Assembly: GCA_934248075.1 (NCBI GenBank)
Contig: CAKQKH010000006.1
Coordinates: 13,474 to 77,473 of the forward strand
Direction of reading: 5' to 3'
Source of the DNA: an uncultured Alphaproteobacteria bacterium
Lineage (GTDB): Bacteria; Pseudomonadota; Alphaproteobacteria; RF32; CAG-239
Length of the DNA stretch: 64,000 nucleotides
The notes beneath the pieces were generated by a model that made no database searches, had not been told where the DNA came from, and worked only from the letters and a program-made list of their open reading frames with translations. Shown one piece after another: positions 17,901 through 28,067 of this stretch. The translations under genes and the position numbers were made by a program. Position 1 is the first letter of the stretch, and every line of letters starts with the position of its first letter.

Positions 17901-18536
17901 TTATTTATTGCTGTCGATCATAAAATCTATTTGTTTTATCATATACTTAAGCAACTTTTGTTTTTCCGCAATGCCATAATCAGACCACTCCATAAATGAG
18001 CAAATCGTGTCCTTGCGCGAGGCAAACACAAACATTTGCGAAAACAGCGGAAAAGTGTAAAGATAGGCATCTTTAATATCAATTTTGCCCTCGCTGGCCT
18101 GCGACATCAGAGTTGCCATCATTTTATGCACCGGAAAAATCAATCCGTCATAGAGGATAGAGAACTCTTCAGTCGGGCGCGAATATTCATTAAGAAACAC
18201 GGTTTTCATATCTTTAGATAAGTCTTCGTTGCACAAAATCAGCAAAAACCGTTGCACAATCTCTTTGGCAAAAGCCCTAGCCTCTTCGGGGCTGCCGCTC
18301 TCGGTCACCAACTGATAGCGAGAAAACACATCGGTACACATCGCTTTGACAGTATCCACAATATTTTCCAGAGCCGCGGCGTACATTCCTTTTTTGCCGC
18401 CGAAGTAATAAAGAATAGAAGAAATATTAATATTGGCGCGGTCGGCAATATCTCGGGTTTTGGCGCCCAAAAAACCGTTTTTGGCAAACTCGCAAAAAGC
18501 GCTGTACAAAAGTTTGGTTTTTGAATCTGTCGTCAC
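17901..18536 (-). CDS. TetR/AcrR family transcriptional regulator
   Basis: 211 aa with an N-terminal HTH: LLYSAFCEFAKNGFLGAKTRDIADRANINISSILYYFGGKKGMY. Confidence 0.85.
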   Translation of the reverse strand: MTTDSKTKLLYSAFCEFAKNGFLGAKTRDIADRANINISSILYYFGGKKGMYAAALENIVDTVKAMCTDVFSRYQLVTESGSPEEARAFAKEIVQRFLLILCNEDLSKDMKTVFLNEYSRPTEEFSILYDGLIFPVHKMMATLMSQASEGKIDIKDAYLYTFPLFSQMFVFASRKDTICSFMEWSDYGIAEKQKLLKYMIKQIDFMIDSNK

Positions 18537-18781
18537 TTTTTTCTCACTTTATATATATGTATCTTGTGGTTAATCAATCGCTTGTTTGCGATTATGCCCG
18601 ATTCTTTTCAAAAAGGCAACCACTGATTTTATCCCCCTCTCAATCTGCCCAAAATTCTATGTTTTTCAAAATATTATGAAACAATTTGCAACAAAACTTG
18701 AGCCATAGCCAAATTATCTCTTTACATTATCGGGCAAATTTAGTTAGATAGTAGCGACTTTAACTTCTCGGAGACTTTATT

Positions 18782-20968
18782 TTGAGAGATATTGTAAGAT
18801 TTTGTTTACGGACTTTTTTCACCGTAATGAAAGTCAGATGCCAAATCGCGTTTGATGAAAATAAGCTTCCTACTAAGGCGGTTTATGTATCCAATCACGT
18901 TTCTTTTTTGGACCCGTTGTTGTTGTTTGCATTTCTCCCCGGCAATCCGGTATTTGCGCTCAACGGCCATCTGTATCGTAACAAATGGATACGTTTGTTT
19001 ATGCGCACGGCAGACATTATGCCGTTCAACCCCATTGATCCCGGCGACTTAAAAGAACTTATCGCCAAGGTTGACAGCGGCCGTTGCTGCGTTATTTTTG
19101 CCGAAGGACGCATTACCCAAAACGGTGGTTTGATGAAAATTTACGAGGCTCCGGGCCTGTTGGCCGACAAATCCGGCGCCCCGATTATTCCGGTTTGGAT
19201 TAACGGCCCGCAATATGGCTATTTTTCAAAAACCAAAGGCAAGTTGCCGCATCGCCCATTGCCCAAAATTCAGATTATTGTCCGTAAACCGGTCAAATTT
19301 AAGTTGAAAGACGAGTTGCGCCGTCAAAGAGACCACATCAGCAATGAAGTTTATATGATTATGCGTGATATGAGCTTTGATGCCTCTTATGATGACAATA
19401 TTTCTTTGTTTGCTCAGCTGATGAAGACTGCCAAGGTTCACTCCAAGAAAGGTTTGTTGCGCCGTCCGATGTTTGTAGAGGACATCAACCGCGTGCCTAA
19501 CTCTTACAAGGACATTATTATCAAATCTTTTGTTTTGGGTAAATTTTTCAAGAAGAAGACCTACCCCGGCGAGCATGTGGCTCTTTTGTTGCCTAATGCT
19601 ATTGCCACCTTATGCACATTTTTCGGCTTGTCGGCTTATGACCGTATTCCGGTTATGCTAAACTTCTCGGTTGGTGCCAAAAACATGGTTTCCATGTGCC
19701 GCACCGCTACTTGCCGCTTGGTTATCACCTCGCATTTGTTTATCCGCAATGCCAAAATGGAACCGGTGGTTGAAGAGCTGAAAAAAGCCGGCATTGAGAT
19801 ATTTTATCTGGAAGATTTGCGCAAATACATCACCTTGGCCAACAAAATCGGCGCCTTTATCCGCTATAAGATCAAACGCGTGCCTCACCCTGAGGGCGGC
19901 AATCGCAAAGCGGTGATTTTGTTCACCTCCGGTTCTGAGGGCGCGCCCAAAGCCGTGGTTTTGAGCCATGCCAACATCATTTCCAACATCAAACAAATGT
20001 CCTCTATTGAGACTATCAATGTTACCGACACGTTGTTTAATGCTCTGCCGATGTTCCATAGCTTTGGCCTCACGGTCGGCACGTTGTTCCCCTTGTTTGA
20101 GGGCGCCAAGTTGTTCCTGTATCCGTCGCCGTTGCATTATCGTATCATTGCCGAGCTTATTTACGAGATCGGCGCCAGCATCATGATGGCTACTGACACC
20201 TTCTTCCGCGGTTATGCCAAAATTGCCCACCCGATGGATTTCCACAATGTCCGCTTTATGTATGGCGGTGCTGAGGCCATCAAACCCGATACCCGCAATA
20301 TGTTTGTTGAGCGTTTTGGTCTGCGGGTTATGGAGGCATATGGCTCAACCGAATGCTCTCCGGTGGTTACGGCCAACAACCGTATTTTCAACCGTTTTGG
20401 CTCTATCGGTAAATTGTTGCCGAAGATTCAATACAAGATTGAACCGGTCCCCGGCATTGACAAAGGCGGCGAGCTGTGCGTAAAAGGCCCCAACGTTATG
20501 ATGGGTTACATTATGCCGGATAATCCGGGCGTGCTGGTTCCGCTCAAAGACGGCTGGTATCATACCGGTGACGTGGTTGATATTGATGAAATCGGCTTTG
20601 TTTACATTAAAGATCGTATCAAACGCTTTGCCAAAATCGGCGGTGAAATGGTATCTTTGAATGCCGTTCACGAGATGGTGGTTAAAGCTTGCGAATCCAT
20701 GGGCACCGACTTTTCTTATGGTGTTGTGGCCGTGCCGCACGAAAGCAAAGGCGAGCAGATTGTTTTGGTAACCAACAACAAAAAAGTTACTCAAGACCTG
20801 TTGCACACCTACATTCGCAATAATGGTATGTCTGAGTTATACCTGCCGCGCCTGATTCTGTATCATGAGACTTTACCGATGTTCGCCACCGGCAAAGCCG
20901 ACAACGTAACCCTCAAAAAAGAAGTTATGGAAGAATTAGGACTGGCACAACCAGCTGCCAAAAAATAG
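18782..20968 (+). CDS. aas: bifunctional 2-acylglycerophosphoethanolamine acyltransferase / acyl-ACP synthetase
   Basis: 728 aa. The N-terminal acyltransferase domain has NHVSFLDP (HX4D). The C-terminal adenylate-forming domain has FTSGSEGAPKAV and GWYHTGD. A TTG start at 18782 with GGAGA 8 nt upstream aligns best with the E. coli Aas N-terminus. Confidence 0.85.
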   Translation: MRDIVRFCLRTFFTVMKVRCQIAFDENKLPTKAVYVSNHVSFLDPLLLFAFLPGNPVFALNGHLYRNKWIRLFMRTADIMPFNPIDPGDLKELIAKVDSGRCCVIFAEGRITQNGGLMKIYEAPGLLADKSGAPIIPVWINGPQYGYFSKTKGKLPHRPLPKIQIIVRKPVKFKLKDELRRQRDHISNEVYMIMRDMSFDASYDDNISLFAQLMKTAKVHSKKGLLRRPMFVEDINRVPNSYKDIIIKSFVLGKFFKKKTYPGEHVALLLPNAIATLCTFFGLSAYDRIPVMLNFSVGAKNMVSMCRTATCRLVITSHLFIRNAKMEPVVEELKKAGIEIFYLEDLRKYITLANKIGAFIRYKIKRVPHPEGGNRKAVILFTSGSEGAPKAVVLSHANIISNIKQMSSIETINVTDTLFNALPMFHSFGLTVGTLFPLFEGAKLFLYPSPLHYRIIAELIYEIGASIMMATDTFFRGYAKIAHPMDFHNVRFMYGGAEAIKPDTRNMFVERFGLRVMEAYGSTECSPVVTANNRIFNRFGSIGKLLPKIQYKIEPVPGIDKGGELCVKGPNVMMGYIMPDNPGVLVPLKDGWYHTGDVVDIDEIGFVYIKDRIKRFAKIGGEMVSLNAVHEMVVKACESMGTDFSYGVVAVPHESKGEQIVLVTNNKKVTQDLLHTYIRNNGMSELYLPRLILYHETLPMFATGKADNVTLKKEVMEELGLAQPAAKK

Positions 20969-20973
20969 CCTTT

Positions 20974-21010
20974 AAGCCCCGCTTTTAAATAAAAATCGGG
21001 GCTTTTTTTT
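20974..21010 (+). terminator. rho-independent terminator of aas
   Basis: aagccccg ... cggggctt followed by T8. Confidence 0.8.
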
Positions 21011-21092
21011 CTTGCAATTTATTTTTTTTGTGTTAGAAAATAAGGCAAATTTGTTTTAACCTTTTAGATATTGTGGAAATGAGGTGATTTAA

Positions 21093-21299
21093 GTGGTTCA
21101 AGTTACTGTTATCGGTAATGACGTTGGACAGTCTCTGAAAGTTCTGAAAAAGAAAATGCAGCGTGAAGGCATCTTCCGTGAGATGAAACTGCGCCGTTGT
21201 CATGAAAAGAACTCGGAGAAAAAGGCTCGCCGTCAGGCTGAGGCTGTTCGCCGCGCTCGTAAGCAGTTGCGTAAACGCTTAGATACTGAAGGATTCTAG
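21093..21299 (+). CDS. rpsU: 30S ribosomal protein S21
   Basis: 68 aa: [42 protein letters not shown] start with a GAGGTGA RBS. Confidence 0.95.
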   Translation: MVQVTVIGNDVGQSLKVLKKKMQREGIFREMKLRRCHEKNSEKKARRQAEAVRRARKQLRKRLDTEGF

Positions 21300-21313
21300 T
21301 CCGTTTAGTTACT

Positions 21314-21351
21314 AAAATCCCCGTTCTTTTTCAAGAACGGGGATTTTTTTT
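21314..21351. terminator. bidirectional terminator between rpsU and convergent clpX
   Basis: 12-bp stem atccccgttctt / aagaacggggat flanked by an A-run and a T-run. Confidence 0.85.
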
Positions 21352-21391
21352 GCAAAATAGGCAGCTCGCGGTTACGGGCTGCCTAAATACT

Positions 21392-22663
21392 CTAAGAAGC
21401 TTTTTTGTCCTCTTTTTTATTCAGAACATATTTGGGAGCTTTGCCGTCATTGATAACATGTTCATCAATGATAATTTCTGCCACATTCTTTTTGTCGGGA
21501 ATATCATACATCAATTCCAGCAAATTATCTTCCATAATCGCGCGCAGACCACGAGCACCGGTTTTGCGCTCAATCGCTTTTTTAGCAATTGCCCGCAGCG
21601 CTTCCGGCGTAAAGGTCAATTTAACGCCTTCCATATCAAACATGCAGACATATTGCTTAACCAAAGCGTTCTTAGGCTCAGTCAACACCCTAACCAAAGC
21701 TTCCTCGTTCAAATCGCTTAAGGTAGCGATAATCGGCAAACGTCCTATAAACTCCGGTATCAAGCCGTATTTAAGCAAATCTTCCGGCTGAACGTCTTTG
21801 ATAATCTCGCCGATTCCTCTTTCTTCTTTAGAGGCCACCTTGGCGCCAAAACCGATTGAAGTTTCTTTGCCGCGACGGCTGACAATCTTCTCCAATCCGG
21901 CAAAAGCACCGCCGCAAATAAACAAGATATTGGTAGTGTCAACGTGCAAAAACTCCTGTTGCGGGTGTTTGCGGCCGCCTTGAGGCGGAACATTAGCCAC
22001 CGTACCTTCAATAATCTTCAGCAAAGCCTGTTGCACGCCCTCACCCGAGACATCGCGGGTGATTGACGGCCCGTCGGTTTTACGAGTAATTTTATCAATC
22101 TCATCGATATAGACAATACCGCGCTGAGCTTTTTCAATATCATAATTGGCATTTTGCACCAATTTTAAGATGATATTTTCCACGTCTTCGCCAACATATC
22201 CGGCCTCAGTCAAAGTGGTGGCGTCAGCAATTGCAAACGGCACGTCCAAAATTTTTGCCAAAGTCTGCGCCAAAAGCGTTTTACCGCTACCGGTTGATCC
22301 AATCAGCACCACGTTAGATTTGGCAATTTCCACGTCTTTATTGGTCTTTTGCGAATTCAGGCGTTTATAATGATTATAAACCGCGACAGCAAGCACCTTT
22401 TTGGCGTGATCCTGTCCAATCACATACTGATCCAAAAATTCTTTAATTTTGGAGGGCGACGGCAATTCCTCACTACTGGGAACGCCTTTTTCCGCTTTCT
22501 TTTCCTCAGCCAATTCATCGGCAACAATACTGGTGCAAACATCAATACATTCATCGCAGATATATACACCGCGACCGGCAATCAGTTTTTTCACCTCATT
22601 CTGGCTTTTGCCGCAAAAAGAACAATGCAGCAAATTATCTTCGTTCTTGGTCTCATCTGTCAT
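21392..22663 (-). CDS. clpX: ATP-dependent Clp protease ATP-binding subunit ClpX
   Basis: 423 aa with the N-terminal zinc finger [22 protein letters not shown], Walker A GSTGSGKT and the IGF-type loop region. Confidence 0.97.
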   Translation of the reverse strand: MTDETKNEDNLLHCSFCGKSQNEVKKLIAGRGVYICDECIDVCTSIVADELAEEKKAEKGVPSSEELPSPSKIKEFLDQYVIGQDHAKKVLAVAVYNHYKRLNSQKTNKDVEIAKSNVVLIGSTGSGKTLLAQTLAKILDVPFAIADATTLTEAGYVGEDVENIILKLVQNANYDIEKAQRGIVYIDEIDKITRKTDGPSITRDVSGEGVQQALLKIIEGTVANVPPQGGRKHPQQEFLHVDTTNILFICGGAFAGLEKIVSRRGKETSIGFGAKVASKEERGIGEIIKDVQPEDLLKYGLIPEFIGRLPIIATLSDLNEEALVRVLTEPKNALVKQYVCMFDMEGVKLTFTPEALRAIAKKAIERKTGARGLRAIMEDNLLELMYDIPDKKNVAEIIIDEHVINDGKAPKYVLNKKEDKKAS

Positions 22664-22672
22664 GGTATTTTC

Positions 22673-23290
22673 CTATTTTAAAACTTCTTCGCGAGAGGTA
22701 ACAATGTGATCAATCAAACCAAACTTTTTAGCCTCTTCCGGAGTCATAAAATTATCACGTTCCATGGCTTTTTCAATCACTGATAACTTTTGTCCGGTCT
22801 TGTCGGCATAAATTTTGTTCAAACGTTTTTTCATATCCAGAATCAAGCGGGTGCGAATTTCCATATCGGTGGCTTGTCCTTGGAATCCGCCGGAAGGCTG
22901 ATGAATCATAATTTGAGAGTTGGGCAGAGAAAAACGCTTGCCTTTAGCACCTGCCGTCAATAACAGCGACCCCATCGAGCAGGCCTGACCAATACACAGC
23001 GTATTAACATCGCAGCTGATGTACTGCATAGTGTCATACATAGCCATACCGGCAGTAACCGATCCCCCCGGAGAATTAATATACAAAAAGATATCTTTTT
23101 TAGGGTTCTCAGATTCCAAAAACAGCAACTGCGCGCAAACCAAGGACGATACTTCATCATTGACCTCACCGGTCAAGAAAATAATACGCTCTTTGAGCAA
23201 GCGCGAATAAATATCAAAAGAACGCTCGCCTTTGGATGTCTGCTCAATCACCATCGGCACCAAAGCATTATCAAAAATATTGCCAGTCAT
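22673..23290 (-). CDS. clpP: ATP-dependent Clp protease proteolytic subunit
   Basis: Catalytic blocks [11 protein letters not shown] and MIHQPSGG. The ATG at 23290 (MTGNIF) has a GGAAGGA RBS 6 nt upstream. The track start at 23305 adds 5 aa. Confidence 0.95.
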   Translation of the reverse strand: MTGNIFDNALVPMVIEQTSKGERSFDIYSRLLKERIIFLTGEVNDEVSSLVCAQLLFLESENPKKDIFLYINSPGGSVTAGMAMYDTMQYISCDVNTLCIGQACSMGSLLLTAGAKGKRFSLPNSQIMIHQPSGGFQGQATDMEIRTRLILDMKKRLNKIYADKTGQKLSVIEKAMERDNFMTPEEAKKFGLIDHIVTSREEVLK

Positions 23291-23373
23291 GTCATATCCT
23301 TCCATAATTCAATCTGAGATATTATACATACAATATACTCAACAAATTATTAAGAAAAAAGAAATTTTGAAGC

Positions 23374-24789
23374 TTATTTGACAAATGAGTTATAGTAATT
23401 GCCGCGCCCATACAAATTCTGATTAAGCGCCTCAACCCCCATTTGTTCAATCAAAGCCCGCTGCTCGGCCGGCGCAAATGCCGAAACGCCCAAGCCGGCC
23501 CTATGATGAGGCAAAACCATTCCCATGCTCTCCAAAATTGTCGGAAACATATCCAGAGTTGTAATCATTCGATCAGTGTTCCCCTGCGGTCGGACACGAG
23601 AGTTCACAAACAGATTATATATCGCCGCCCCGTGATTATTAGCCCAAAACTTGTCGTCTTCATCATTGAGTTTAAGCTCCCATTTCTGATGATCTCCCAA
23701 AACCACCAGAACGGTATTGGCAGCAAACGGTTGGCGCTTAAACCAATCAACAAATTCCGCCGCCTGCTTATCGGCGCAACCAAACACATCGGCAATATTT
23801 TGAGACGAACCGGAGCATTGCGGCGCAAGTTTGGCATAAGGGCTATGAGTATCTATGGTCTCCATAACCGCAAAAAAAGGATTATTTTGCTTGGACAAAG
23901 AAACAATTTTTTGCTTAAACAAAGAATACACCTGAGCATCAGGCAATCCCCACGCATTAGTATTGCCATTTATCACATTAGAGGACAATGTTTCGCTCCC
24001 GACAATGTCTGCCGAAGCAAATTTATGGTTGCGCAAAAAGATATCAAGTCCGGCAAATTTGACCGAAGAGCCTTTGATAAAAAATAAAGAATAACCGTTT
24101 GCGGCCAAAATATCCGGCAGACAAACGGCATTTGGCAAAAACAAATTTTCTTTTTTATCAGGAACCGCCGTATTAGAAAGCGGAATTCCGCACCAGCCAC
24201 CAACTATCGCTCCCATGGTGTAATATGTGCCGATAGTTCCGTATTGCCGGCTAAAACTAATATTTTCATTAGCCAATTCAGTAAGTTGCTCCAGCACATT
24301 TCGCTTATTATCAGCTGGATCTTTTATCTCGCGCTCCATCGATTCCAAATACAACAAAATCAGATTTGGCCTTTCGCTACTCCTAAACTCCGCGCCGGCT
24401 TTTGCATAGTTCTGCTCATAAATTTCATCTTCATTAAACGAGCTTTTAATATATGAAAAAAATCCGATATTGTATAGCAACGCCACAAAAAACAACACGC
24501 TTGACGATGCCAAAGCAACAAACCTAACTCGGCGCAAATATTTAGAAACCAACCAATAAACAAATATGCTGCTGATTAATGTCCAACCCAGTATATACTT
24601 TACAATAATACCGACGGCGTCTCCGTAAAAAATCGAACGAAAATAACGAAGATGATACAACACGCTGTCCATGCTCACGTTATAGAAAAACGCCGACAGT
24701 ATGCACAATTCCGCCACAACCGACAAAATCACAGCCAACAATATGGCAACAAATTCTTTGAGTGTGATTTTCAATATTTTACCAGTCAT
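23374..24789 (-). CDS. membrane-anchored sulfatase-superfamily transferase (LTA synthase / phosphoglycerol transferase MdoB-like)
   Basis: 471 aa with 3-4 N-terminal TM helices, then an alkaline-phosphatase-superfamily domain (NLILLYLESME, METIDTHSPY, VLVVLGDHQ). Confidence 0.8.
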   Translation of the reverse strand: MTGKILKITLKEFVAILLAVILSVVAELCILSAFFYNVSMDSVLYHLRYFRSIFYGDAVGIIVKYILGWTLISSIFVYWLVSKYLRRVRFVALASSSVLFFVALLYNIGFFSYIKSSFNEDEIYEQNYAKAGAEFRSSERPNLILLYLESMEREIKDPADNKRNVLEQLTELANENISFSRQYGTIGTYYTMGAIVGGWCGIPLSNTAVPDKKENLFLPNAVCLPDILAANGYSLFFIKGSSVKFAGLDIFLRNHKFASADIVGSETLSSNVINGNTNAWGLPDAQVYSLFKQKIVSLSKQNNPFFAVMETIDTHSPYAKLAPQCSGSSQNIADVFGCADKQAAEFVDWFKRQPFAANTVLVVLGDHQKWELKLNDEDDKFWANNHGAAIYNLFVNSRVRPQGNTDRMITTLDMFPTILESMGMVLPHHRAGLGVSAFAPAEQRALIEQMGVEALNQNLYGRGNYYNSFVK

Positions 24790-24937
24790 ATACTTATTTC
24801 ACCTATGCCAGAAGAATCCCCTGCAAGCCCAAAACGTTGAGCCAATACAGATATTTGGACACAGCAAGCCGCTACTGCCCGCCTGTCAAATATTAACGCA
24901 ACGCGCCAACATTACCACCGTCTCTATTTGTTTTTCC

Positions 24938-24971
24938 ACAAAAAAGCACTCCGACAACAAGCCGGAGTGCT
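24938..24971 (-). terminator. rho-independent terminator of tig
   Basis: On the minus strand the stem is agcactccg ... cggagtgct followed by TTTTTTGTGG. Confidence 0.8.
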
Positions 24972-24991
24972 GCAATTTTTGTTTACGCTGA

Positions 24992-26377
24992 TTAAGCCGA
25001 CTTCTTGGCTGCGGCTTTATCGGTTGTTTTCTTAGCGGTAGCTTTTTTAGCTGCTTTATCATCATCATTAAAGTTATAAAGATCTTCAACGCTGACAATC
25101 TTTTCCGCCACATCGGCCTGACCGATAATGTAGTCAACAATTTTTTCCTCAAAAATCGGAGCTTTCAAACCGTCAACTGCAGTTTTGTTTTTGAGATAAT
25201 AATCCAAAACAGCTTTTTCTTGTCCGGGATATTTCTTTGCCTCGTTCATAATCGCGGCATTAATATCTTCCGGTTTAATGCTGATTTGAGCATTCTGGCC
25301 AACCTCAGAGAGCAACAACCCCAGTTTAACCCGACGCAAAGCGATATCTTTGTACTCTTTCAGCAACTCTTCTTCGGTCTTTTCTTTCTCTGAAGCGTCA
25401 AGCTGATTGTATTTTTTGGCCTGCTCATACTGATCAACAATAGCTTTGTATTCAGCATCAACCAAAGATACCGGAGATTCAAACTTGTATTCCTTATCCA
25501 AAATATCCAGCAACTGGCGTTTGATCTTCATGCGAGAAGCATTTTCATAATCGGCTTTAATCCGGTTCTTGATATCCTCTTTGAGTTTATCAAGGCTCTC
25601 GGCGCCGACAGTTTTGGCAAACTCATCATTGAGTTCAACTTTCTTGGGTTCGCGAACTTCCTTGACTTCAACCGCAAACACAGAGTCTTTGCCGGCCAAA
25701 TCTTTGGCATGATAATTTTCAGGGAACTTAACTTTAACATCAACATGGCTGCCTGCCTCGGCGCCAATCAGTTGATCTTCAAAACCGGGGATAAACGAAC
25801 CGGAACCAAGCTCCAACGGATAGTTGTTGCCTTTGCCGCCCTGAAATTCTTTACCGTCAACCGAACCGACAAAATCAATCATAACCACGTCGCCCTTAGC
25901 GGCTTTTTTACCGGCAACGGCAACTGTCTCTTTATGAGCCTCAGAAATATACTTCAAAGCTTTTTCAACTTCCTCAGCCGGAACTTCCGCCATCAATTTC
26001 TCAAGTTTAATCTTGCTGAAATCGCCGAGTTTAATTTCCGGAATATTTTCCAAACTAACGTCAAACTCCAAATCTTTGCCTTCGGAAAAAGCGGTGATTT
26101 TAACATCAGGCTGTGTAGCCGGACGCAGTTTGTTTTGTGCGATTACCTCAGCGGTGCCTTCACGCACGGCATCTTCAACAACCTCGCCGATTACGCTGTC
26201 ATGATATTTTTTCTTGAGCATTGCAAACGGAGCTTTGCCGGCACGGAACCCAGGCAACTTAGCGGTTTTGGCAATTTGGTTGATTTTAGCGTCAATTTTG
26301 GTTTCAAAATCAGCTGCCGGAACGACAACTTTATACTCTTTTTTGAGACCTTCTGATTTTACTTCGGTAATCTTCAT
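24992..26377 (-). CDS. tig: trigger factor
   Basis: 461 aa. N-terminus is MKITEVKSEGLKKEYKVVVP. It has an FKBP-type middle domain (GFRAGKAP, FIPGFEDQLIG) and a Lys/Ala-rich C-terminal tail. Confidence 0.95.
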   Translation of the reverse strand: MKITEVKSEGLKKEYKVVVPAADFETKIDAKINQIAKTAKLPGFRAGKAPFAMLKKKYHDSVIGEVVEDAVREGTAEVIAQNKLRPATQPDVKITAFSEGKDLEFDVSLENIPEIKLGDFSKIKLEKLMAEVPAEEVEKALKYISEAHKETVAVAGKKAAKGDVVMIDFVGSVDGKEFQGGKGNNYPLELGSGSFIPGFEDQLIGAEAGSHVDVKVKFPENYHAKDLAGKDSVFAVEVKEVREPKKVELNDEFAKTVGAESLDKLKEDIKNRIKADYENASRMKIKRQLLDILDKEYKFESPVSLVDAEYKAIVDQYEQAKKYNQLDASEKEKTEEELLKEYKDIALRRVKLGLLLSEVGQNAQISIKPEDINAAIMNEAKKYPGQEKAVLDYYLKNKTAVDGLKAPIFEEKIVDYIIGQADVAEKIVSVEDLYNFNDDDKAAKKATAKKTTDKAAAKKSA

Positions 26378-26434
26378 AAAAACACACTCTTTCTATGTTT
26401 GTTGGTTAAAACCCGCGGATATCAACACTCAAAG

Positions 26435-26519
26435 TGGTGCGGATGGGGAGACTTGAACTCCCAAACCTTGCGGCACCAGAACCTAAATCTGGCGTGTTTA
26501 CCAATTTCACCACATCCGC
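26435..26519 (-). tRNA. tRNA-Leu (anticodon UAG), CCA encoded
   Basis: The minus strand reads GCGGATG tg GTG-aaattggtaaa-CAC g CCAGA-ttTAGgt-TCTGG, a long variable arm, GGGAG-ttcaagt-CTCCC, CATCCGC, A, CCA. Total length is 85 nt. Confidence 0.9.
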
Positions 26520-26673
26520 AGATATCCTTATTATTTGCCTTGCATACTACATAATTATTTTAATAAATCAAGCACAAATTCACAAAGCAAACAAAATTAT
26601 TGTAATGTTTACGATTATTTTATAAGATGACGATAAGTTAATTTGTAGTTTTTAAAATTTGAGGAGCAAACCC

Positions 26674-27972
26674 TTGTTTTCTGCCCGTATTAATAAGTTA
26701 TTGCTTTGCACCGCCGCGGTTGCGATCTTATCCGGCTGTGCCATCTTTGAGAAAAAAGACTCGGATGAAGAGTCAAACTGGCTGATTCAGCAGTTTGAAA
26801 AAGACGGCGAAAGCTATGCCAACAAAGCCACTCTGGCTTACTCTAAAGGAGATTTTAAGCAAACTCTCACTTTGGTGACCGAAGCCCTCAAAGACAATCC
26901 GCGCAATCAGCGAGCCTTGTTGGTCGGCGCTCTCAGTGCTGAAAAACTCGGCCGTTATAACCGCGCCCGCCAATATTATGAGGACTTGATTCTGATTGAC
27001 GGACAAGCGACCTCAATTTTGGGCAGCAGCAGCGGTCAGCCCGAAAAGATAGCCGACATTGCCAAAACCAGACTGCGCTCCATAACCATCAAACAAAGCG
27101 AGTTGGTGATTGAAAATAACAATGGCACCAGAAGCTTTAATGTCAGCAAAAATGCCGGACAAGATATCAGCCGCAACACGATTAATAACGCCCTTAAGCG
27201 TCGCTCCGCCACGATTGGCGCCGCTCCGCAAAAACCAGCGCCGGCAATTGACAATCTTTTCAACAGCCAGGAACAAAATATAATTTCGCGCTTTTTGGTC
27301 ATGAAAGAGCTGGCTGAGAAAGACTTTATCAGCAAAGAAGAATTTTTATCGCGCCGCAATGCCAATATCGGCGGCCTTTTGCCTCTGACTAAACAAGCTC
27401 CCGGCGTAGGTATTGATCAACCGGTTCCGTCACCGGATCTGATTGTAGAACGCATTAACGTTCTCAAAGAAGGCGTTGAAGCCCGAGCCATCACCCCGCG
27501 GGAATTTTCTGCCGAAAGAGAGATTATCGTTGAGGCTCTGATGTCGCCCAATCCGCGCGCGCGCCTCAAGCCCAAAGCGCCGTCAAAAGATATTTTGGGC
27601 GCCGCCAAAGATTTGCGCAAGTTGGAAGTATTGTACGACCTTAACTTAATTACCAGCGGCGAAAAAGCGGCCGAGAAAAAAGCCATAGAAAAATATCTGG
27701 GTATTAACCGCGAAGCACCCAAACCAGCTACACCAGCCGTACAAACCGCTGCTCCTGTCGCCATGCAGACCGTGCCGACGCAGCCGCAAACTCTTCAGCC
27801 TGAACTGGTAGAGGTTACCACTACTGTGGAAGAAACCCCTATTCCTCTCAAGCCGGAAGTCAACACTGTAACCAAAGGTGATAAATCAATGGCGATTGTT
27901 GCCACAACGGAACCGACCGCCAAGGATAACGCTCCGCAAAATATCGTGCCTAACGTCACCTCTCCGTTCTAA
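26674..27972 (+). CDS. lipoprotein with N-terminal TPR and three SHOCT-like short repeats, Pro/Thr-rich C-terminus
   Basis: A TTG start at 26674 has a GAGGAG RBS 7 nt upstream. Lipobox AILSGC. TPR-like YSKGDFKQTLTLVTEALKDNPRNQRALL..GRYNRARQYYEDLI. The repeats are DFISKEEFLSRRNANIGGLL, AITPREFSAEREIIVEAL and LITSGEKAAEKKAIEKYLG. Confidence 0.7.
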   Translation: MFSARINKLLLCTAAVAILSGCAIFEKKDSDEESNWLIQQFEKDGESYANKATLAYSKGDFKQTLTLVTEALKDNPRNQRALLVGALSAEKLGRYNRARQYYEDLILIDGQATSILGSSSGQPEKIADIAKTRLRSITIKQSELVIENNNGTRSFNVSKNAGQDISRNTINNALKRRSATIGAAPQKPAPAIDNLFNSQEQNIISRFLVMKELAEKDFISKEEFLSRRNANIGGLLPLTKQAPGVGIDQPVPSPDLIVERINVLKEGVEARAITPREFSAEREIIVEALMSPNPRARLKPKAPSKDILGAAKDLRKLEVLYDLNLITSGEKAAEKKAIEKYLGINREAPKPATPAVQTAAPVAMQTVPTQPQTLQPELVEVTTTVEETPIPLKPEVNTVTKGDKSMAIVATTEPTAKDNAPQNIVPNVTSPF

Positions 27973-28067
27973 TCGCTAACAGCAGGCGACACCATGCAAA
28001 TGTCCTCTTGACTAGATAAGGTTTTTCAGCTACAAAACCAACAAATTTTTAATTTGAAAGTTTAATC

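Noticed and set aside
23306-23345. AT-rich near-palindrome gatattatacatacaatatac upstream of clpP, considered as a possible dif (Xer) site.
   Set aside because: It lacks the conserved TTATG/CATAA arm cores around a 6-nt spacer. It also sits in a promoter region rather than a terminus-like context.
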